Assembly: GCA_008690995.1 (NCBI GenBank)
Contig: VRMN01000001.1
Coordinates: forward strand, 744,001 to 808,000
DNA from: Porphyridium purpureum
Lineage: Eukaryota
Length of the DNA: 64,000 nucleotides
Reading direction: 5' to 3'
The position numbers were made by a program, and so were the translations under genes. Positions 46,428 to 57,049 of this stretch are shown here, piece after piece. The first letter of the stretch is position 1. Each line of letters opens with the position of its first letter. The notes beneath the pieces are model-generated. The model did not search any database and was not told the origin of the DNA. It saw nothing but the letters and a program-made list of their open reading frames with translations.

Positions 46428-48314
46428 ATGCGGTTCCATGTGATGCGCGCGCTCGCGCCCTGCAGGTTTGCCTCGTACTCAAAGCTCGGGCTGGCCAACA
46501 GGCGCGCGTTCTCTGCTTCCACTGGCTCGCTCAATTTGATGGCGGCGGCTGCTACGGCTGCGAACCAGCATGCCGATTCTCGTCGGAGGTATGGCGCCGC
46601 GCTGGGCATGTTGACTGCGCTTGGAAGTGCCGTCACACTCGACACCTACTTACACAGCATGAACGCAGAAGAGCACCCCCGAGGTGTAAAGTGTGACGCT
46701 GGCGCCGGGAGCTCAAGAAAGGCGGCAGAGAATGGAGCAGCAACGATCAACGTGGAACACGATGTCGAGATGAACAACTGGTCTGACACGTTCCGCGTCA
46801 ATATTACCCGCGTGTACCGGCCGGAATCGGAACAAGAGCTGGTAGCACTTTTCGAACAAGTGCAAGGGGAAGGAATTAGCTTGAGGCCTGTGGGTTCCGC
46901 GCTGTCGCCGAATGGGCTCGCTTTTGAACCACGAGGCATGGTGAGCATGGCTCTAATGGACAAAATTCTGGATGTAAATACCGAGAAGATGCAAGTGCGG
47001 GTCCAAGCAGGTGCAAAGGTGAGCGATGTTGTGCAGGCGCTGCGCCCGTACGGACTCACGCTGCAGAACTATGCGTCCATTGCCGAACAGCAGATCGGCG
47101 GCTTTGTCAATGCCGGCGCGCATGGCACGGGCGCCGCGATTCCGCCGGTTGACTGCCAAGTGGTCGCGATGAAACTAGTGACACCCGCGCTTGGAACCAT
47201 TCTGCTCAACGCAGATGACCATAAGGAGCTTCTAAACTTTGTGCGCGTTGGGCTCGGCACGCTCGGCATTGCCTCCGAATACACACTGCAGTGCGTGAGA
47301 GCACACGAGCTCATTGAACACACGTTTGTCGCGTCAAGGACCAAAGTGAAGGCGAACCACGAGAAGTGGCTCAAAGAGAACCAGCATATTAGATACATGT
47401 GGATTCCTTACACGGACTCTGTGGTCGTGGTTGCGTGCAACCCAGTGACTCCCGAGCTTGAAGCACAGATGAATCAACACCAGCGCAGCGATAAGGCAGG
47501 GGACCAAGCTGCGGCAGCGCAAGCAAAGGAAAGCGCTATTCAGTACTTGCGCACACTGTATGCGCACAATGACCACCGTGAGGAGATTGCATGGGAACTA
47601 CTGCGAAGCATGTCATTCCCACAACTGCGGGACAGGCTGCTTGCATGTGATCCGCTGAATGTCGAGCATGTTCAAAAGGTTAATACGCTTGAAGCTCAGT
47701 TTTGGAGCGCCAGTTCAGGCTACCGAAGGGATGTTTCGGATCGTATTCTTGGCTTTGACTGCGGCGGACAGCAGTGGGTGTCCGAGGTGGCGTTTCCCCT
47801 GCACCAGACACACGGTGATGAGTGCCCAAAGGACGTGGACCTTGTTTACATGGATTCTCTATTGAAGCTGATTGAAGAGAATCGCATCGCTGCACCCGCA
47901 CCCATTGAGCAGCGATGGACGTGTGCATCGCCGTCCGAACTATCACCTGCGTATTCTAAAGACGCCTCGGATGTGTTTTCGTGGGTGGGAATCATCATGT
48001 ACTTGCCGACGGAGGATGAGCTTCCGGGTGGCGAAGAGCGTGTGAAAGCCACGCGAAATGCGATCACGACATCATTCCAGGAGTACAGGGCTCGTTGTGC
48101 CGCTCAGCTGTGGACAAAGTATCATGCCAACGAGCACTGGGGAAAGCTGACCTTACCGTTTGAGCAGGGCCCTAACGCGGTGACCGAGTGGAAGGACTTC
48201 GTGCGACGCTCCATTGGAGAGGAGAAGTTGGAGCATTTCAATGCTTTTCGCAAAGCGTGTGATCCCAACGGAATTCTTTTAAATGACACGCTTCGGACCA
48301 TTTTTGGAGCGTGA
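46428..48314 (+). CDS. GLDH: L-galactono-1,4-lactone dehydrogenase, mitochondrial
   Basis: NWSDT, RPVGSALSPNGL, LQNYASIAEQQIGG..GAHGTG, ILGFDCGGQQWVSE, APAPIEQRWT, SWVGIIMYLP, EHWGK, with a mitochondrial-type presequence. Confidence 0.95.
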   Translation: MRFHVMRALAPCRFASYSKLGLANRRAFSASTGSLNLMAAAATAANQHADSRRRYGAALGMLTALGSAVTLDTYLHSMNAEEHPRGVKCDAGAGSSRKAAENGAATINVEHDVEMNNWSDTFRVNITRVYRPESEQELVALFEQVQGEGISLRPVGSALSPNGLAFEPRGMVSMALMDKILDVNTEKMQVRVQAGAKVSDVVQALRPYGLTLQNYASIAEQQIGGFVNAGAHGTGAAIPPVDCQVVAMKLVTPALGTILLNADDHKELLNFVRVGLGTLGIASEYTLQCVRAHELIEHTFVASRTKVKANHEKWLKENQHIRYMWIPYTDSVVVVACNPVTPELEAQMNQHQRSDKAGDQAAAAQAKESAIQYLRTLYAHNDHREEIAWELLRSMSFPQLRDRLLACDPLNVEHVQKVNTLEAQFWSASSGYRRDVSDRILGFDCGGQQWVSEVAFPLHQTHGDECPKDVDLVYMDSLLKLIEENRIAAPAPIEQRWTCASPSELSPAYSKDASDVFSWVGIIMYLPTEDELPGGEERVKATRNAITTSFQEYRARCAAQLWTKYHANEHWGKLTLPFEQGPNAVTEWKDFVRRSIGEEKLEHFNAFRKACDPNGILLNDTLRTIFGA

Positions 48315-48719
48315 TCGCACAGTTTGCACTTTCCACCGCAGAAATCGAAAGGAGAGCGTGTGCATCCAATACGGGCGTAGTCTTTGGCTTTCAGGGCATG
48401 ATGACAGTGCGAGCCAAAGAGCACCGAGTATTCTCTATGGACTTGAACACTTTATGGATCGAGGAAGTATAGCACTCTTGAGTGAAGACGTGAGAGGCAG
48501 TAGCAGACTGCCGAGGGCCGCTGCACACGAGCCATCAGATGCACACCGAGCTGAGAAAATAAAGAGGACGGCATTTGACGGTCGTTACAATGTTCTCCGG
48601 AATTACCCAAGCCGATGGAGTACTCTGCCTCCGAGAACACGAGCCACTTCCCGTCCTTTCAGTCTGAAAGAAAAACTATTTGCTGATTTCCGTCTCGTTT
48701 CCGCTGTCCGCTGCCGAAT

Positions 48720-50948
48720 CTAAACGGGCTCATCGCACGTGATATCAACAGTCTCGACCCCTGGGTTCCCTGCGATAGTGCGTTCGCGCTGTGGCTCACC
48801 ATTCTCCGCAATCATGTCAGATACTACGGACTGCTCCACTGCCGGCGACAATGCTTCATGCGGTCCTGGAATTGAGCGTTCCACGTGAACCGAGTTAGCG
48901 ATAATATCAGGCGGGAATTCTTTTCTCAATCGAACCTGAAAATATTCGGCTGGACTTTTCCTGGCCCACTTTGTCTGAAAGCATTCCCACAGAATTATGC
49001 CTTCATTGTCACCACAAAGTCTGCTCTGAACCTCGTCGTGCTTCAAAAATTCGCAAAGTCGAAGCAGTGGAACGTCCGTCCAATTCTGAATTTCGGCAGC
49101 AAGAAAGCCACGCATCATACACTTTGCGAAGAAAAGGGTTGCACGAGTGTCAATCATGGAGACGCTGCTTTCGAACGATTCCAAACATAAGTGCATGATA
49201 ACCGATGACAGCCTGCACAGCGAGACCAGGCATTCAGTCCACTGCTTGCGCTGATCCGATACCTTTGCACTCCAATCTCCAGTATTTCGTGTCGAGAGTT
49301 CCTTCGCCTTCAAACTTGTTTTGCCAGCCGGCAAGAGCACCTGGGTTGTCTCGGCAGGCTCTGTTCTGCATAGTGCGTTCCAAAAAATTTGAAAGATGTG
49401 CTGGCCCCAAAACGGGAACCTCCCGAGTATTTCGCAAGCGATGGTTTCGCACTCCTTGGCAAACTCTATGATCTTGAATCCCGCATTCTGCCTCACGAAA
49501 ATCGTTGCTCCCTCCAGCCAAACAAGCAATCCTCTTGCAAGTATGGGGTGTGAAAGCACAAGCTCTCGTTTTTGCTTGTACTGGTTATCCTTGAGCACAC
49601 TCACGGATTTCGGCATCACACACAGGCGAGAGAGCTCCTCGAGTTTCTGCGCAAATTGCTCACGCTCGGAATTGCCGGCAGGAGACAATCCAACGACACG
49701 GAAGGCAATAATCTGACAAGCAAGAGTACGCACACGGCCTCGGCGGATCTGCTCGGCTTGCAGAGCAAAGAGAAACCACAAGAGAGAATCCAAAACCGTC
49801 TGGAAACCCACGCATTCAAAGAGCGGCCCCACAAGTTCCGTATCCTCCAAGCCCTCGTCTCTGCCTTCCTCTAGTATTGCCACACAGTCACTGAACAATT
49901 CGTCCAGGAAGCCATCTTCCGCCTGGGCAAGACTTATTTCTTCCAGCTGCGTGTCGTACGGAATTTTGCGCGGGCTCGCATGGCGGGTGGCCAAGTTGAT
50001 CAATTTCATTAGACCTATCCACGTCTCAGACTCTCGTTTTAACCCTCGCTTGCCAAACCAGAATGTTGCGATCATTTGTTGAATCGATGCCAGTTGCCCC
50101 GAGACAAGAACTGCGGGGCAAGTGAAGCACAGTTCGTGGACAAGCCTTACCATCAAGCGCGAAAACCGTCGATCTGGCGATGTTACCGCCTGATGAATAA
50201 ATATATGGAAAACACGGAAGTAATCAATGTCATCATCGTCCGGAAGAATGCTAGAAAGTCGAGCAATGAGATGACGAATTTCTAGCATCTCATCCAGAAG
50301 ACTTTGAATTCGAGCGCCGCGATCCAGCCAGTGTTCCACTTCTCCAACCACAGCAGCCAGCAAACGCTTCGGGTCGGACGCTTGTGGATTCTCGCGCAGG
50401 GAGCGCACGGCTGAGACGAAAACAGATTTGCCGGTTCCAAGCTTTTCTTCCAGTCGATCGAGAAAGCCCTTGTACCTTTCGTAGTCCTTGGCAAAGGCCG
50501 GTATGAGGAGAGGATATTCCAAGGCACTAATTTGGCTGCTCGAGTTGAACCGCTGATACCCCACCTCGCAAAGTGCGTCATCGTCGAGCTTTTGCATAGC
50601 CTCCATGGCGTGCTTTTCTGCGTCTGGCTCGGAGCTCACGCCATTCGCAATCGCACGATGTTTCACAAAGGTGCTCAGAACGTGTCTCAAGACGACGCAG
50701 CTGGCCTCCTTGCCCTCATAATTCGCCACGAGCAGGTCCATCAGCCTATTCAGCAGCACTTGGTCGCCCGGGTCCTTCTGGCGCAGCCGAAGCAGCTGGT
50801 CCGCGCAGACCATGTCGGGGTCCATCACCGCGTCTGGCGTCGCGAACTTGGCTTCCATCTCCTGCCTTTCTTTCGCGTCCAGCGGCCTTCCGCGCTTGCG
50901 CGCCGGCCCGGCGTTCTGCGCGGGAGCTGCATGTCTGGACCGAAGCAT
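48720..50948 (-). CDS. Negative elongation factor C/D (TH1)-like protein, divergent
   Basis: KFATPDAVMDP and LLVANYEG resemble TH1 FSTRDYIMEP and LLSENY; HPILARGLLVWL resembles FPVVAMGVLKWV; NLS-like RKRGR. Confidence 0.6.
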   Translation of the reverse strand: MLRSRHAAPAQNAGPARKRGRPLDAKERQEMEAKFATPDAVMDPDMVCADQLLRLRQKDPGDQVLLNRLMDLLVANYEGKEASCVVLRHVLSTFVKHRAIANGVSSEPDAEKHAMEAMQKLDDDALCEVGYQRFNSSSQISALEYPLLIPAFAKDYERYKGFLDRLEEKLGTGKSVFVSAVRSLRENPQASDPKRLLAAVVGEVEHWLDRGARIQSLLDEMLEIRHLIARLSSILPDDDDIDYFRVFHIFIHQAVTSPDRRFSRLMVRLVHELCFTCPAVLVSGQLASIQQMIATFWFGKRGLKRESETWIGLMKLINLATRHASPRKIPYDTQLEEISLAQAEDGFLDELFSDCVAILEEGRDEGLEDTELVGPLFECVGFQTVLDSLLWFLFALQAEQIRRGRVRTLACQIIAFRVVGLSPAGNSEREQFAQKLEELSRLCVMPKSVSVLKDNQYKQKRELVLSHPILARGLLVWLEGATIFVRQNAGFKIIEFAKECETIACEILGRFPFWGQHIFQIFWNALCRTEPAETTQVLLPAGKTSLKAKELSTRNTGDWSAKVSDQRKQWTECLVSLCRLSSVIMHLCLESFESSVSMIDTRATLFFAKCMMRGFLAAEIQNWTDVPLLRLCEFLKHDEVQSRLCGDNEGIILWECFQTKWARKSPAEYFQVRLRKEFPPDIIANSVHVERSIPGPHEALSPAVEQSVVSDMIAENGEPQRERTIAGNPGVETVDITCDEPV

Positions 50949-51185
50949 CGCATTCTGAGCACCGTGCGCGAAAAGCTGCACGCACGCTTGCTCGCACCAG
51001 CCCTGAAGTGCTCAAACCCTAAAGCTTCAACCACGCGGAGGTACAGCAACTGTACTTCATCCTGTACAGTTTCTAGTGTACTAATCCTAAACGGACGAGT
51101 GCGTTGAGGGGAGGGGGACGGCGGATGTGTGCGCGACAGAGACACTCAGGGACGCAGGGAGGGAGGGACGGATGGAAGGGGAACG

Positions 51186-51575
51186 ATGGCGGACTTGTTT
51201 GGACAAATATTCTTGAGAGGACGGACGCTGGCGCGGAACAAGATGCCGTACCTCCACCCGAAGCACGGGAACAAGAACTACAACAAGGGGTATAGTGCGA
51301 GGCGGTTGGGGCGGCACACGCCGTGGGCTGGCTACCGGATCGATCCGTTGATGGTCCCCGAGTATGTTGCACCGGATCTGACGAATTGCGACCTCAAGCC
51401 GTACGTCGATTACCGTGCGCCGCTGGTTAAAGTGGGCCCGCCCCCCGTCGTGAAATACAGGAAGCTGACCAAGGAGCAGTTTGAGCACGTCATGAAACTG
51501 CGCCGCGCGAAGGCCGACCCAGAAGGCTCGCCGTACACGCCGATTGGATGGCCCGAGAACGGCAACGTGTGGTGA
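51186..51575 (+). CDS. Mitochondrial ribosomal protein mL41
   Basis: LHPKHGNKNYNKG..GRHT..GY...VPEYVAPDLTNCDLKPYV. Confidence 0.9.
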   Translation: MADLFGQIFLRGRTLARNKMPYLHPKHGNKNYNKGYSARRLGRHTPWAGYRIDPLMVPEYVAPDLTNCDLKPYVDYRAPLVKVGPPPVVKYRKLTKEQFEHVMKLRRAKADPEGSPYTPIGWPENGNVW

Positions 51576-52115
51576 TCCAGCGCGATTGCCTGTTCCGCCA
51601 AGATTTTTTTGGGCTTGCTGGGTACGTTAAGCTTGTCGACCGAAATGGGTCAAACGCCATATTTTGTGTGAATAGTTGTTTGTTTGCGTGCTCGTTCGTG
51701 GTACGCCTCACTTGCATGAGCTTGCAGTCGGACAGGATGGCTCTTTCCCCGTAAGATCGACCATGGTTCCGTTCATGAAAGACACTCAAAATCGTAACAT
51801 CAAGCCACGATTGAGTGACACTGATCCGACTGCGGGCTCCAAGATATATTCACGTTCGTGAGCAGCAGAGTTGCATGCGCACGACGGGAGACATGTCTGC
51901 GATTGCTTTTCCCCTTTTGTCGTATCGTGGGTGGTATCTGACCAAAGTTCTGTGATCGTTTCGTCCATGTGCGCTCGCGTATGTGTCCTCTTTTCGTGTC
52001 TTATGAGCTTCGTTGGAACTTTTCTAGTCAGGCTGAACATATGTGTATATTTAATCCTGCGCCAGCCGCCTGGTAAAATAAAAAAAAACTAAGTACGGAG
52101 GACCGTACTTGCTCT

Positions 52116-53114
52116 CTATTGTGCAGGACCCGCCGCTTGTTCTTCTGTTGGACCTCTGGCCTCCGGTCGCCTTCTTGCTTCAGGGTATCTTCTAAAGACC
52201 TTTGTTGGCGGCTTGAGATTCTGTGCGTCTGGGTCAAAGACAAGCACGTCCTCTACCGCTTTGTAATACTGAGGTGAAATATATTCTTTGAGTTCTTCGG
52301 CAGTGAGCCACAGAAAGTCGACACCATGGCGGAGCTTCGAAACTTCTCCGGTAATCAGCTCTGCAGGATAAAAGAAGATCTTGACGCCGTGAACCTGGTT
52401 CTTCTTCTGGTACTCGGCCGAGTAGCTATACTCTAGATGCGCATGAGGCCGGTAGGTTGTATAGTAAGTTTGAACTTTTTGATCGCCCAGCACGGCCTTC
52501 AGTGCCTTCTCTGCGGAATCGCGCAATTTTTCGTCATCCCCAGTGACGCGCTGCGGAAACTGATAAAATTCACTTGTCTCTGTCCGCTTCAGGACAAAGT
52601 ATAGCGTCCGATCGAGCTTCCGATGCAGCGAGCGAAGGTCGTTCGTTTTATCGGCTTCGGTGATACGTGGCGCCGGCACGAACAACTCCCCGCGCTTCTG
52701 GTTTGCTTTAAATGAATCTCGTTCCATCTCTGACACAGGTTGCAAGCGCTCATCTCGCCTCGCGGCAAACCGGTTGAAGTGCTGAAACTTGTTCTCCTCG
52801 TACAGCTCCTCAATTGGCTTTGGTTGCGGTAGGATGATCGGCCCGCGTTCAAAGATTACCGCGCTCGCAAACTTCCACGGGAATCCGCTCGGCCCTAAAA
52901 CAACCCGATCCTTCATAGGCACAACGACCTCTGGCGTGTCGCGCTTCGAACCGAACAGCCACTGAAGCTCCTCGGACTTGAAGCGCCGCGGCTTGCCGGT
53001 GAAGCCGCGTACTTGCGCGAGCTCACCATGCCGTGTCTTTTGCACAAGCATGTACTTGGCGGATAGTTCCGACAAAGCGCGACATGGCCACGACACTTTC
53101 CGGCTCAGATTCAT
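52116..53114 (-). CDS. Mitochondrial ribosomal protein mL46 (Nudix-like C-terminus)
   Basis: ER.PII, PAPRITEADKTNDLRSLHRKLDRTLY, QFPQ, KIFFYPA, DFLWLTAEEL. Confidence 0.9.
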   Translation of the reverse strand: MNLSRKVSWPCRALSELSAKYMLVQKTRHGELAQVRGFTGKPRRFKSEELQWLFGSKRDTPEVVVPMKDRVVLGPSGFPWKFASAVIFERGPIILPQPKPIEELYEENKFQHFNRFAARRDERLQPVSEMERDSFKANQKRGELFVPAPRITEADKTNDLRSLHRKLDRTLYFVLKRTETSEFYQFPQRVTGDDEKLRDSAEKALKAVLGDQKVQTYYTTYRPHAHLEYSYSAEYQKKNQVHGVKIFFYPAELITGEVSKLRHGVDFLWLTAEELKEYISPQYYKAVEDVLVFDPDAQNLKPPTKVFRRYPEARRRPEARGPTEEQAAGPAQ

Positions 53115-53405
53115 CCTCGCTGGTGACTCTCACTCGAATCACTCGCCTACCACTCTTCGGCCGTCGAGCCTGCAAAAATGTTTGGTTCTGTGTCCCACAT
53201 GCGCCGTGAAAGATCGACGCCACTCGTTCGACAAGGACGGGCGTTAAGCGGTACGAAGAGATGAAACTGGGATAGCGGGGCTGAGGCGTGATCAATCCAC
53301 CGCCACATGTAACTGAAGACCATGTCGTTTATATATGTGGAGCTTAACATACGAATGAAAAGATGAATCGAGGCCAATGCATGCCGACTGTCGCTGTGGG
53401 CACTT

Positions 53406-53798
53406 TCAATCCTTAATCTTGTCGAACTCGCCTGCGTAGCCAAGGGCGCCCATATGCCAGACCTTACCTGGAGTGGGCGGCAGGTCCGAAACCGTCCTAT
53501 ACGGCTCAACTGTTTCGCGCGTGATCCTGCGGCGAGAGTCACGCACCGAGTAGTTAATGTCAAACACCTTGCGGTACTCGCCTTGCGGAATCTGGACCTT
53601 TGGCTGGGACGCCGGGGACGGGTATCGGTAGTGCGTTTCCTGGAATGGCCTACGCAGTGTGTCTTCGGCCAAGTCCTGTCGCAAGATCTTCCCCGTCGTC
53701 AGAATCGTCTTCATCCGCTCAATCAGCCCGCGAAGCCCTCCCGCGTTCGCACCGCTTTGAGCCCCGCTCAGAAGCATGCGTGTTGGTCGCAGCGCCAT
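53406..53798 (-). CDS. NADH:ubiquinone oxidoreductase subunit NDUFA7/B14.5a-like
   Basis: YRYPSPASQP, NYSVRDSRR, LPPTPG. Confidence 0.8.
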   Translation of the reverse strand: MALRPTRMLLSGAQSGANAGGLRGLIERMKTILTTGKILRQDLAEDTLRRPFQETHYRYPSPASQPKVQIPQGEYRKVFDINYSVRDSRRRITRETVEPYRTVSDLPPTPGKVWHMGALGYAGEFDKIKD

Positions 53799-54119
53799 GC
53801 TGTTTGTGTCGTGCTTGCGCTTGTGCTCACCCACGCGCTCGCCACCACTCCGTTCTTCCCAACCCGCTTGTTTGTGCGGAGACCCTTCACACACTGTTGA
53901 ACATCACACGTGCGCGAAAGACTTCTGCCGGTAACGCGGTGGCTGGATTTGACGCAAAGTGGATAGGGACGAGGCCGTGTTGGAGCAAAGGGAAACAGAA
54001 TTTCCGCAGTGGAGCAATCCGTGACGAGGATGCAGCAACGATAGACGCCAGTCTCGCAGAAAACAAACAAACTAACAAGTGCAGTTTACCCGTCTCTGAG
54101 ATCTTGATAATGAGGGGAA

Positions 54120-55388
54120 TTACAAGATGATCTCGCCGCGACAGCTGCTGCTAATGCTCTTGTTCGCGAGGACGACGCAGCTATCAACAACGACCTCGGC
54201 GTTGGCAGTCACCCCGGCACTGAAAATGGACGGGCTGGTTTCTGAGCCCTGCACGCGAGTCCAAGCGCCGATTTGCGAGTTCCATCCAATGATGCTGTTC
54301 TTGACGAACGCGTGCTCGCGGATAATCACGTCCTCGAGGATGATGCAGTCCAGCAGACGCGCACCGGCACCAATCATAACACCGGCCGCGATGGTCACGT
54401 TAGGCCCCACACGTGCACCCGGTTGAATATTTGCAGACGGATGGATCAAGCATGGCTCCTGGATATCCAGCTTCGCGGCGCTTGTCCCGACGTCGAAACT
54501 ACTTTGGCTCGCTGCCCTGGCAAGCGTGCCGCGCGTGGCGGCCAGGTTTTTCGACAGGAGCTCTGGCTTTGCCTTGGCAAAGTATTCCAGGTAGAGCTTG
54601 GTCGCAATCAACGCGTGCACAGGGACCTTGATCTGAAACCAGAATTCCTCCATCTTGTACACGTAGATGAACTGCTGGCCAGCCATAGGCATGAGTAGAT
54701 CCTGCTCCAATCGAACAATCCCTTCTTCTTGATCCGAGCCCATTGCTGACGAACGCGATCCGCCAACGGTCTGCAGCTTGTCAAACACGTCCGGATGGAA
54801 GACGTAAACGCCGCAGTTGATGACCGGCGAGATGTTGGACTGTGGCTTGGCGGCGTAGTGGATCATCTCATCGCTTTCCGGATTCACGGCCATTTCGCCA
54901 TACTTGTGCGCCTCCTCTAGGGACAGCTCCTTCCCGAGCACCGTGACCCTGGCCGATTTGGCGGCATGGAAAGCAAGCATTTTGGCGAGCGGGAATGAGC
55001 AGGCAATGTCGCAGTGTAAAATCACGACGGCAGATGGGTCGCCGGCCAGAATGTCGTCTCGGTAGCGATTAAGGCCGCCGGCAGAGCCGAGCGACACGAT
55101 TTCGCGCAAGTATCGAATGCGGATCCCGTACCTCTCGGTGCACCCCTCGATGAACGGTGTGAAGAGCTCTTCCTCATAAAAGCCCAGCAGAATGATCTCC
55201 GCCATATTGTCGAGCGTGGCGCACGCCTGGATGTGATGCTCGACCATGGGGAAGCCCGCCACCGGGAAGAGCGGTTTCGGGCAGTCCATCGAGAGCGGGC
55301 GAAAGCGCGTGCCCTTGGACGCGCCGCCCACCAGGATCACAGCCTTGACGGGGCCCGTCTTCTGCTTCTTGCTCACTGGCTCCCCCAT
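54120..55388 (-). CDS. GMPPA: Mannose-1-phosphate guanylyltransferase alpha (regulatory, GMPPA/KONJAC-like)
   Basis: KAVILVGGASKGTRFRPLS (alpha-type insertion), PKPLFPVAG, INCGVY, RLEQD, left-handed beta-helix GPNVTI..SIIGW. Confidence 0.9.
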   Translation of the reverse strand: MGEPVSKKQKTGPVKAVILVGGASKGTRFRPLSMDCPKPLFPVAGFPMVEHHIQACATLDNMAEIILLGFYEEELFTPFIEGCTERYGIRIRYLREIVSLGSAGGLNRYRDDILAGDPSAVVILHCDIACSFPLAKMLAFHAAKSARVTVLGKELSLEEAHKYGEMAVNPESDEMIHYAAKPQSNISPVINCGVYVFHPDVFDKLQTVGGSRSSAMGSDQEEGIVRLEQDLLMPMAGQQFIYVYKMEEFWFQIKVPVHALIATKLYLEYFAKAKPELLSKNLAATRGTLARAASQSSFDVGTSAAKLDIQEPCLIHPSANIQPGARVGPNVTIAAGVMIGAGARLLDCIILEDVIIREHAFVKNSIIGWNSQIGAWTRVQGSETSPSIFSAGVTANAEVVVDSCVVLANKSISSSCRGEIIL

Positions 55389-56170
55389 CTTACGAGCAGG
55401 ATCCGACGTAGCGGCTCGCAAAGTCTCTCGCTAGCCGTCAGAACGCTGCTCTCCACCGCCACGCCACAACCTTTACTCGCTTGCATCCACCGGTTGCCAC
55501 ACTCACACTAAAGAAGCCGCATCACCCCGATTCGTCATAAACACCCTCCATGGGCAAATAAGCTCAGTTTCTGATCTTCAGCCATGCGGGCTATCGATGG
55601 CAGATGTTGCGACAGGCTGGCTGGTTGGGTGGCTGGTTAACCCGCGCGTCGAAGAAAAGCAGGTTTATCGTTTTGGTGGAGTGCCGAGAGCGAGTTCTGG
55701 AATGGCAAGAGCCATCCCTGCGCGAGTCTGGTGTCCGCGTTGAATGAATGTTCTATCTTCTGGGCGTTTTGCGTGCAGAGTGGTTCGCGGGTGCGCTAGC
55801 ACACGACGCAAGCGGCGAAAATGAAGAATACAGGTCTTGGGTGCAACAGGAACACCGCAATCAAACACGAGCTCGGTCGCTTCGTCGATGTTGGATTACA
55901 CGCGCGCGCAACCATGTGGCTCTCTATCTCGCTCTCATTGGTTCGCCCTGCACACACGCACGCACAGACAAACACAGGAGCGAAGAATAGATGACGGTTC
56001 TCGGATACGAGAGCTTTGGCACGATAATACACACCGCAACCGTCCTGCCCTCGAAGAAGCTTAGTGGTACAAATCTTCTGTGAATCTCTCGGGAAAGTCC
56101 CCCCCCGAAGCGTGCCACAGCCTACTTGCCGGTCCGACGCCGCCCAGGGGATAGCGCTGCGCAGGTTTGC

Positions 56171-56485
56171 TTACTTGTTCTCATCCATCGCGGAATCCTC
56201 TTCCAAGACCGCTTCGGCCTCCTTCAAGTACGCCATGTCCTGACTCTCCGGGGGCGGCGTCTCCCCCCACTTTTCCAGCTGCTCTCGGTGCTCTTCACAC
56301 TCTTGTCTCGCATTGGCAGGCATGGGTGTCTTTTTTCTGCTCATGCCGCGCTTGATGGGACCCTCGGAGGCCGGCGGCATCTGTCCAAACTGTACACTCA
56401 CCTTCTTCTTTGGAGACAAGGGCTTCTGCTGCGCGTTCTCTGCTGTGGCCGCGCCCGCGTCGGCTGCCTTTCCTTGCCCCTCCAT
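56171..56485 (-). CDS. Small hydrophilic hypothetical protein (about 104 aa)
   Basis: ATG-initiated ORF with coding-like composition (KKKVSVQF..RKKTPMP); no family recognised. Confidence 0.5.
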   Translation of the reverse strand: MEGQGKAADAGAATAENAQQKPLSPKKKVSVQFGQMPPASEGPIKRGMSRKKTPMPANARQECEEHREQLEKWGETPPPESQDMAYLKEAEAVLEEDSAMDENK

Positions 56486-56694
56486 TCCGCGCGTGTCCAC
56501 CAGCCCGCTCGCACCCACCCTTCCCTCCCCCACACAGATCGCTCCTCGTCCTCGTCACCGTCCCAGCCACGCGATATCCTCCTCGCGTCCCACTACCCCT
56601 TACTACCACAACCACCACCACACACAGAAACACACACAATGCCCACCGCACTCCTCCTTCCCCCCTAGTCTTCCTTACCTCAGCGCCTCCTAAA

Positions 56695-56718
56695 ATCGCC
56701 ATCGCCATCGCCATCGCC
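56695..56718. repeat. (ATCGCC)4 hexanucleotide repeat
   Basis: Read directly from the sequence. Confidence 0.8.
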
Positions 56719-57049
56719 ACCGCCAACACTCCAAGCCTCCGCTTCCCGGAAATCGGTCCGTCGCACGCCTTTGGTAGCACCAAAGCGCCGTCTACATAGA
56801 AAGACAAGATAAGACAAACTTTCATGGCGCTCCCTCCCGATCAGACCTTCTGATTTTGGGGCGTGTTTTGTATGTTTGTGTGTCTGTATTGGTGTCATAC
56901 TAAAAGCGCACGGTTCCTCGACTGAGGTGGAGGCGAAATTTCGCGTCTGGTGACGCGCGTGAATTTGAGAAGAGGGAACGGAGGGGGGGGATCGGGAGGT
57001 ACAGTGTTTGTGTGTGTCTGGGGGGTCCGGGTACAGTGCATTCGAGGAT

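Noticed and set aside
56093..56120. GAAAGTCCCC...GTGCCAC resembling RNase MRP RNA conserved region I
   Set aside because: No GARAR P8 hairpin and no matching downstream GGGGCT(C/T)A P4 partner found. The downstream sequence is the antisense of a probable CDS. An Infernal search would settle it.
56530..56680. Minus-strand GAG|GTAAGG donor upstream of the small hypothetical gene
   Set aside because: No convincing branch point or acceptor.
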